From NCBI RefSeq assembly GCF_006345805.1, contig NW_021833448.1, positions 1 through 64,000 on the forward strand: DNA of 64,000 nt. Direction: 5' to 3'. The notes under the pieces were generated by a model, which was given only the letters and a program-made list of their open reading frames with translations, did no database searches and was not told the origin of the DNA. Of this stretch, positions 54,946-64,000 are shown one piece after another. Both the position numbers and the translations under genes were made by a program. This DNA is from Octopus sinensis (Eukaryota). The number at the start of each line of letters is the position of its first letter. The stretch's first letter is position 1.

Positions 54946-55727
54946 TATATTAGGAAATCCTTGCCCATAATGCCACGCAATGAGACTGAACCCGCAACCA
55001 TGTGGTTTGGAATCAAAACAGATTGATGTTACCACACAGCCACGACTGTGCCTATTATTCATTTCATCCACCAACTACAAGTTAGATCAATATTGAGTCC
55101 GGCTATGAATTTTGTGAGGGGATCTACCGATTTCACTATCTCTCCGCCTAAAGAATACATTCACTACACAATTGATATATATTTCCCTGTAGATTCTTAT
55201 ATTAATGCCATTTCCGATTTTTGAAATATTTCTTTGTTTCTTAAAATTCCATTAAATCGCCCGAAGCAGGTTTGCGCAAGAAGTTATTAAACACGATTTA
55301 AATATGGCGTGTTTGCTGCGTGTGTTTGTGTGTATGCATATAGATGCGAAGAAGTATAACTATATATCCGTAATGTGTAAGTTGATCTTCACATCCATAA
55401 GTAAGGTTTCATTCAGGTAGCATCGTACAGAGATAAATGTAATCACTAGTGGGTATTTGATAAAACTATCGAATTATCACTCGAGATAACAGTTATCTCC
55501 GCGTGAGATAAAATATTTAGTCATTTCTTGAAATCGTTGAAAATATTTCCACCGGGCATGCTTAGGTCGGCTTATTATAAAACCATATCTTATTGTTATT
55601 TCGACATATCATCACCACCATCATCGAAGTTATTGTTGTTATTATTATTACCATTATTATTATTATTATTATTATATTATTATTATTATTATATTATTAT
55701 TATTATTTATTATTATTATTATTATTA

Positions 55728-55782
<55 letters not shown>

Positions 55783-55872
55783 GTTGTAGTAATAGTAAGC
55801 TCATGATCATCATCATGATCATCATCAAGATCATCATCGCTGTTATTAATATTACTGCTCTTGTTGTTAAGA

Positions 55873-56068
55873 TGACGAGCTGGCAGAATCGCTATACCGC
55901 GTCGGGAAATGCTTAGCAAAATCTTTAGTACGCCGGGCAATGCTTAGCCGCATTTCTTTCCTATTTACGCTCCGAGTTCCTATTCCGGCGAGGTCGAGTT
56001 TGCATTTCATTCTTTCGAAATAAGTACCAGTCAAGTACTGGGATCGATGTAATCAACCCCCCCTCCTC

Positions 56069-56100
<32 letters not shown>

Positions 56101-56110
56101 TGATGATGAA

Positions 56111-56159
<49 letters not shown>

Positions 56160-56224
56160 TAATAATAATAATAATAACAACAACAATAATAATAATAATA
56201 ATAATAATAATATAATAATAATAA

Positions 56225-56274
<50 letters not shown>

Positions 56275-56516
56275 AAAATAACAATATTATTATTGTTGTT
56301 GTTGTTGATGTTGCTGTTGTTGTCTTGGTACACCGTTGAAAATGCTTAGCAGCACTTCTTTCGGCTTTACATTCTGAGTTCAAATTGCATCGATGGTGAA
56401 TTTGCCTTTCATTCTTTCGGGGTTCATAAATTAAGTAACGGTCAAGCACCTAGGTCAAGCTATTCGACTAACCCTCTCCCCAAAAACTTTCAGGCCTTAT
56501 GACTCTAGAAGAAAGG

Positions 56517-56574
<58 letters not shown>

Positions 56575-56820
56575 CATCATCATCATCATCATCATCACCA
56601 CTGATTGTCTTAAGGCAACGGACTAGCATAATTGTAAGCAAGCTAGGCAAACGCTTACCCTCCGTCTATACATTCTGAGTTCAAATTCCTTTGAGGTCGA
56701 CATTACCTTTAATCCGTCCGGAGTCGATAAAATAAGTACCATTTCAGCACTGTCGCAATGTAATTGACTTACCCAACTCACCCGAAATTGCTAGCCTTGG
56801 ACCAAAATTTAAAATCAGTA
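55873..56820 (+). mobile_element. Three diverged SINE family B copies separated by (AAT)/(TAG)/(ATT) microsatellites
   Basis: Bodies at ~55873-56070, 56330-56500 and 56610-56820. Confidence 0.75.
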
Positions 56821-57159
56821 TTATTACTAACATTCTTCATTTTGTTGTTGATTTGCAACCAGTGAAAGGCGGATTGTCCGACATTCTGTTTGGTACAATA
56901 TCTACTCGTAAATTGGTCGATGAGAATGAAATATTTTGCAAATAGAAGAAACTTAGCATCCTACTTCTACCCAAATTTCCAAAAATACAGTCGGTTTGCT
57001 GACTATTGCTATATACCCGACAAGCAAACCCATCTTAAAGGCATGGTGTTAGCAAATGTTACATTTGTTCTTGTTGATTACTACCCGGTCAGCCTTAATT
57101 TAGTAAACCTAAAAGATATTATTTGCCTTACATAGTAAGACTCAACCCTGAACTTCGTA

Positions 57160-57221
57160 GTTGGGAAACATACTTCTTTCAACACAGCCGCGACTGTGTG
57201 GAAAGAAGTATGTTTCCCAAC
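57160..57221. repeat. 62-nt near-perfect hairpin derived from a SINE family A head
   Basis: gttgggaaacatacttctttc/gaaagaagtatgtttcccaac (21 bp perfect), one mismatch, acacag/ctgtgt, 6-nt loop. Confidence 0.95.
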
Positions 57222-58002
57222 ATATCAGAAAATAACTTCTTCAATCGATAGCATATATCAATGAAAAGTATTTGTGTTGATATTATTGACAACTTCAGAT
57301 CTTTTATAATCATCACAGCTAAAAGTCGTAGGTAGGAAGAATTATTAAAGCGTTTAAAAAATGCTTTACGCTTTTTCTTCTTCATGTTAAGTCCTGAATT
57401 CAAATTATTGCAAACTCATCCCAGTGCGAATATCATATTATAACTGATTATTTACGAAGTTACATGTTGCTAAAATGCTTTCTATGAAACTTTTGATTTG
57501 ACATGTGCAACTCCCAGGCCAAATTATGATTATCGAGCGTGAAATATCACGCAAAATACATCTACAGAGTGAAAACTATTATTTTCTGGCAATTATATCA
57601 GGGATATCACATCATAAGTTCCTTTACAAAATGATGCTATAGTCTCGTAGTCTAGAGCGAATGCAATGCCATTCCAATTCGTAATGCTCCATGGGTAGAG
57701 AAAGTTAATTTACTAAGCTGCCGATATCCAATAACGAAAGGTGTCATTCGGTCATTCATTCAAAACATAAATTCAAAGGACGTACACACACACACACACA
57801 CACCACACACACACACACACACACAGAAGCACAAATACACACATTGTCAAAGATATCAGTCTATCTTTTATAGCTCTCCTCCTCCTCCTTCCTCATCCAT
57901 ATATCAATGTATATATATATATATATATATGTGTGTCTGTGTCTGTATATATATATATATATAATATATATATATATAATTCATATATACACACACACAC
58001 AC

Positions 58003-58040
<38 letters not shown>

Positions 58041-58110
58041 ACACAGAGAAACATGTATGTACATACGTGTATATTTGTACGCTTGTTCATGGTTACACAT
58101 CTCTCTCTAC

Positions 58111-58141
<31 letters not shown>

Positions 58142-58744
58142 TACAACGTGCGACGGGTAAGTTGTCACCATTTCTCATTTTAATTTCGCGCATATTCATT
58201 GTTTTTTGTTTTTATTTCTCGAGTACACAGTATAGTAGGGTCGTCTGAACACCGTCTCCGAGAAAAAGAAACAGTAATATGACGCAATTCACTCAGCCAG
58301 AATCTCCATACGAACAGATGGCGAACACACAGAACAATCGTTGGCTTAGGACGCTATCCCTTTAGATACAAATCGATTGGTTAATTTATACGCGCATAAA
58401 CACACTCACACATATTAACACACATACATACGTATATGCATATATATAAATGCATATATATATAATTTCAGGGAATAATTATAATCTAAGGTATCAGCTC
58501 GTTAGTCCGTTATGTAGTTCAATAAACTTTAAGTTATTTCTGTCAAATAAAGATGTCTGACGAGGTGAACGAACATTAATTATTTTATTGCACAGAATAT
58601 TACAGATATTCTCTTATTTACCTTTATATATGATATAGAGCAAAAAATAATGTTCATCTACAGAATCTATCGTAATATCAATTTCAGTCCTCTTTTATTC
58701 ATTGTAAATACTATATGCATGTGTATGTATACATACATGAACAT

Positions 58745-58858
<114 letters not shown>

Positions 58859-59248
58859 ATCTACCTACGTAGCCGTCTATCTATAAAAAGAAATATAAAA
58901 TGTGACTTCATTGACCGAGGTTACCGTGGTCTTTTCCGTAGGCTTTTCTTTCCACGGGTAAACCTCACCTGTCCTCCCCTTTACACTTCATATTGACATT
59001 TCTGTGATAACGATCCCTATTGATCAATTTTTTTTCCCCTCCCCCTTTTTTTTTTTTTTTAACCCCCCTTTTTTTTGTGCTCTTTCTCTCCTTTTACGAT
59101 CCCTTTTGATCGAAACTCCCCCTTCCTTTTTTTTTTTTTTAAATTTTAAATTTTTTTTTTTTTTTTTTTTTTTAAACCTTCAAAAGAAAAGCTCTACCTT
59201 GTAATTTGTTCTATCTGTGTGCAGCCCTGTGTGGCTAATAAAGAAACA

Positions 59249-59329
<81 letters not shown>

Positions 59330-59345
59330 ATCTACATATCTAGCC

Positions 59346-59377
<32 letters not shown>

Positions 59378-59806
59378 CTCTACTATCTATCTATCTATCT
59401 AGCTAGCTAGCTAGCTAGCTACATATCTATCATTCTATCGCCCCTCCTTTCTCCCCTTCTCGTTATATATATGTATAATATATATATATATATATATATA
59501 TGCATGTGTGTGTGTGTGTGCAAATATTGAAGCCTAGGATGCCCACAGAATGGGAACTGTAAGAACTAAAGTATAAAAATATGAGTGTGTGTTGACTGAG
59601 TGAAAGATAGAGAGTAAAAACATTAACGAAAATAGCCAATATCGTAATAGAAAATCACAATTAATAGAATACAACATAATAAGAAAAAGAAGCAGGAAAA
59701 ACTCTGGGAAATATGATAATACATACTAACACACACAGAGTATATATATATATATATATACAATATATATATATATACATAAATACATACATACATACAT
59801 ACCTAC

Positions 59807-59864
<58 letters not shown>

Positions 59865-60538
59865 TTATATATATATATATGGAACAGATAAGAATACAAA
59901 CATAAAAATGAAATAAGACAAATCAAGTATGAACATAATAGAGAACTCTGGCTCCTCCCTCAACAGCAAATAAAGAATGAACGATCCGTTACAATATGGA
60001 ATAAGAGAGAAAGGAGAAAAGTAAGTGAAAAAGAAAAAAGTAAATGGTAAAAAAAAAATAAGAGAGAAAACAGGAAATAAAAGGAAAGAAATGACATAAA
60101 ATAAGGAAATAAAACACAATAAAACGCAAGCGAATAAAAAGCAGTAAAAAATTATATCAAAGAGCGAAGAGCGAAAATGGCTGACATTTTGGTTTAAGGC
60201 CAGTTTGGTGGCAGTTAGCGCTTTGGAAAGCAATTTGTCGATATGATAGAAAGTGAAGAAGAGAAAAAGAGCTTCTGCTGTATAGCACATGTGTTTATCA
60301 ATAGACAACAATGCTACCAGCTAATTAACCATCTTGCCAGCAAGAATCATTAATGGCGTCCGTACATTTCAAATGTTGCCATTTCTACTTATTTCTCTGC
60401 ATTCTGCGCACCGCCTCCCTAGCTAAAGTGCCTCGCTTAATGTGTGTGTGTGTGTGTATTTCTCTGTTTCTGCGTTTATGTGTGTGATTATGTCTCTCTG
60501 TGTGTGAGATTATGTCTGTGTATGTGTGAGTGTGTGAT

Positions 60539-60570
<32 letters not shown>

Positions 60571-61419
60571 CGAGGTATCGTTGCTGAGCGATTGATTTCT
60601 TGTGTGTATGTGCAAGCCAGATGTAAAGTAATGGCTTTCCTTAGTCGATTGTAACTGTGTCTGTGTGTACGGCAGCATAAAACAGAGAAATGGATTTCTG
60701 CGTTTCCTGCAAGCGTGTGTGTCTGTGCGATCGAGTGTGAACGTATGCATAGAGACATATATAAAAATATACAATCATACGTAGACACACAGAGACACCC
60801 TCCACACCAGCACACATCTCCACACACACATATTATAATTTACACACACACACACATATTTATATACATATATGCAATAACATACGCATATGCGTATATG
60901 TGTGTCTTCGTTTTAGTCTTTGTATGACGGTATTTTCTGAGTGTGACTACCAGTGTTTATGTTTAACTACACATACGCACGAACGCACGAATGCATGTAT
61001 ATATATATATTTGTATATACATAAAGCTGATGCGATTGCGTTTACGTAAATATTTTGGATGTACCTACGCAATTTTATGCCTCTGTGTTTGTGTTTCATT
61101 ACAGATATATTATTCTTAGAAAGATCTTCATTTTGCTTGTTATTAATTTTGTTGGAGACGAGCCCATTGTCACATGTGACTCAGCACAATTCCTGTGATG
61201 CCAGGCATTCCAACTGTGGCCACCTCTTTCATTTAGAGATATCAAGCGCTATATCTTCTAAAGTATCTTGCATTTCTTGGTGGTTTTTCGGTTCTGATGC
61301 GACAGAAATTTAATAGCTATTTTCTAGAAACACAGCAAACCGACAAAGGCTTCATCAGTGACTATTTATGACAGATAGCCTTGCTCTCTATTTTATCTTT
61401 TATTTGTTCTATTTACAGG

Positions 61420-61623
61420 ACTACGGCCATGCTGGGACATAGCCTTGAAGCCTATTTGTAGTCCAATTAATCAATCACAGTATGTATCCTGTTTCAAGCC
61501 TGATAATGTTCTATCGGAATCTTTTGCCGAACGGCTAAGTTACGATGACATAACAGAAACACCGGTTGTCAGACGGTGGAGTCAGGCAAACAGGCACAAA
61601 CGCATACACACACACGCACACGC

Positions 61624-61676
<53 letters not shown>

Positions 61677-61842
61677 TATATACGACAGTCTTCTTTTAGC
61701 TTCCGTCAACTAATTCCACTCACAAGGCTTTGGTCTGACCGAGACTACTGTAGAAGATACTAGCCCAAAGTGCCACGCATTGGAACTGAACCCAGAATCA
61801 TATATTTTGGGAATCAATCTTCTTACGGAATAGCCACGCCTG
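61420..61842 (-). mobile_element. SINE family A (diverged)
   Basis: ggccatgctggg..tttgccgaacggctaagttacg..ccactcacaaggctttggtc..gccacgcattggaactgaaccc. Confidence 0.85.
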
Positions 61843-62114
61843 CTGCTGATGTTTTGTTGTCCTTGTTGTTAATGTTGTTGTAATAATTTGCATTCATGTT
61901 GATGCTTTCACCATTTCATATGTTTGAATACAGTTATTCTTCTGAAGACTCGGGAAGATCCTTATGTCTGTAATAATGACTGGTGCTATTTTGGTAATTT
62001 AGCGAGTGTAACATTATGAGTGCACTCTGAAGCCTGCAAGTGTCTGATTGGTCATTTCAAAATAAACCAGACTTCTTAAAAATGCGGAACGTTTCGGTGA
62101 ATCACAAGTTATCT

Positions 62115-62505
62115 CTTTTACTCTTTTACCCTTTTACTTGTGTCCATCATGTGACTGTAGCCATGCTGGAGCACCGCCTTTGGTCGAGAAAATCGACCCC
62201 AGGACTTATTCTTTGTAAGCGTAGAATTTATTCTATCGGTCTCTTTTGCCGAACCGGTAAGTTACGGGGACATAAACACACCAGCATCGGTTGTCAAGCG
62301 ATGTTGGGAGGGCAAACACAGACACACAAACATATACACACACATACCTACATACATATATACGACGGGCTTCTTTCCGTTTCCGTCTACCAAATCCACT
62401 CACAAGGCTTTGGTCGGCCCGAGGCTATAGTAGAAGACCCTTGCCGAAGGTGCCACTGCAGTGGGATTGAACCCGGAACCATGTGGTTGGTAAGTAAGCT
62501 ATTTA
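62115..62505 (-). mobile_element. SINE family A (5'-truncated)
   Basis: ccatgctggagcaccgcc..tttgccgaaccgg..accaaatccactcacaaggc..cccggaaccatgtggttggtaagtaagcta. Confidence 0.92.
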
Positions 62506-62803
62506 TTTTCTAATTTTACCCCCAAACCGTTGTATCTTTCAACTTGTTCATCTTTTTCTCTGGGTGACAGCTTGTATTTTGTGCGAGATTTAACTGCTCT
62601 CAACTACGAGCAATCGAACATCCATGTCGAGTCTTCCCCTGTAGTTAGTTTACATCCATTGTCATTAATATGTGCGTTGTCTCTCAGCCAATTTTGCTGG
62701 AGATTTTAAAAAGTTTCTTGTATTATTTGCCGTTTTCTCTTCGTGTTTTTGTTGTTGATGTTACTGTTGTTGTTCATGATGTGTTTATTTGTATCATCAA
62801 ACT

Positions 62804-63540
62804 CAGTGATTTTCAGTCGGGGTCCATAAGGTCCTTAGCGGTCCACGCAAGATTTTCTTACTGAAAATTATCTGCAATAAACTAGATATATTTCTGTTAT
62901 AAAATAGGGTGGTTATAAATGGAGTGGCTAGAAAATGCAACCAAATCCCTTGCTAATCAGACAATTAAATAAACATATTAGACTACACAGTTCTTGTTAT
63001 ACAAAATATAGTTGATATGGCCAAACCAGGGTCTGTTACAGTCAAAGGCTTGAGCGAACACTGCCAATATTAAACCTAGATCAGTGATTTACAACCATTT
63101 GTTGCCTATGGACCCACTTGGTTCCCATTTTCCTCGCGTTGATCCCCACAGCCACTGGATGTTTAAAAAGAAATTCTATTAAATTTAAATCAAACAATAT
63201 TATGAATTTTGTAATAGACGTATATCCAGCAGTGTGGAGGTGCGTGGCTTAGTATTTAGGGCGTCAGCATCATGATCGTAAGATTGTGGTTTCGATTCCT
63301 GGACCGGGTGACGCATTGTGTTATTGAGCAAAACACTTCATTTCACGTTGCTCCAATCCACTCCGCTGGCAAAAATGAGTAACGCTGCGACGGACTAGTA
63401 AACCGGGCCCATGAGCCTGGCTAGGCTTTAAAAGGGCGCATTTATTATTTTTTTTATTACTCTCTCAATTTTTTCCAGCAGTACATTGCAGATAAATTTC
63501 AGCTACAAAATCTCATGTGGACCGCCAAGGTCCCATATAC
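62804..63540. mobile_element. Two hAT-type MITE copies in inverted orientation (62804-~62990 and 63082-~63540), the second interrupted by a SINE
   Basis: Termini CAGTGATTTTCA (62804) and CAGTGATTTACAA (63082). 62825-62880 is the reverse complement of 63485-63535. Confidence 0.6.
63234..63473 (+). mobile_element. SINE family C with a 9-bp TSD
   Basis: tggaggtgcgtggcttag..gtttcgattcctggacc; TSD tccagcagt at 63225-63233 and 63474-63482. Confidence 0.85.
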
Positions 63541-63614
63541 ACTATACTATAATTCCAGTATAGTGTATATCGGATATATTCTAACTAACATATCTAATTT
63601 CCCTTTTAATATAA

Positions 63615-63800
63615 ACACAAGGCCTAAAATAGGTGAGAAGGAGACTAATCGATTATTAGCACTCCAATGCTAGACTAATACTTATTTTATCGACACTGGA
63701 AAAAAAAATGAGCGGCAAAGTCGACCTCGGCTGAATTTGAACTCAGAACATAAAGACAAACGAAATAACTCTTATCGTGTTGCCTGGTGTTCCACCGATT
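63615..63800 (-). mobile_element. SINE family B
   Basis: cacaaggcc..cttattttatcgac..ggcaaagtcgacctcggctgaatttgaactcagaac. Confidence 0.8.
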
Positions 63801-64000
63801 CTGCCTGCTCGCTACCTTCGACATAATTGCATCTAATTTTACCAGCATAACTCAAGCATTAGTATTTCAGAGAGTATAATTAATGTGCAAGACAAAATAT
63901 TTATACTCGCTATTTTATCTAGGGTACCCTTAGTTATTATTGCACTTACATATACCTCTTTTGATGTTCTTTTTCGCAGCGGCTATTAGTTCTTGTGTCA

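Noticed and set aside
58145-58162. Strong donor-like GG|GTAAGT
   Set aside because: The upstream sequence is (TA)n with no plausible acceptor or exon.
58557-58590. CTGACGA-G-gtgaa-C-GAAC motif
   Set aside because: GAAC replaces GAAA and there is no stem I pairing.
59030-59175. Poly-T/poly-C block as a retroposed poly(A) tail
   Set aside because: No associated element body or TSD; it may be low-quality homopolymer sequence.
61305-61362. Minus-strand CTGATGA plus stem II and a later GAAA with a palindrome
   Set aside because: There is a 13-nt gap between stem II and GAAA, and no stem I.

Overview
Non-coding, AT-rich, microsatellite-dense animal DNA. The three tRNA-derived SINE families and the repeat landscape match what I recall of Octopus (coleoid cephalopod) genomes; this is recognition from memory, not a database hit. 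No intact protein-coding gene, rRNA, true tRNA or CRISPR array is supported, and nearly all ORF-track entries are microsatellite or repeat artefacts. Recognisable coding remnants are all retrotransposon-derived: two ORF1 (RRM-like plus CCHC knuckle) pseudogenes, two RTE RT fragments, a CR1 3' end and an R4/Dong 3' end in (TAA)n. There are also non-autonomous Helitrons, hAT-type MITEs, about 35 SINE copies or fragments and a 2.1-kb satellite of 90-bp units. The most notable signals, found by manual reading, are: (1) four unrelated type I hammerhead ribozyme motifs (556-640 -, 11067-11111 -, 23394-23468 +, 37850-37909 +), with (near-)palindromic stem III or loop, one inside a 469-bp tandem unit resembling a Penelope pLTR or retrozyme; (2) several ~190-250 bp imperfect palindromes in otherwise unique sequence, plus a near-perfect 62-nt pre-miRNA-like hairpin made from a SINE head. 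All pairings and identities were counted by hand and TE boundaries are approximate.
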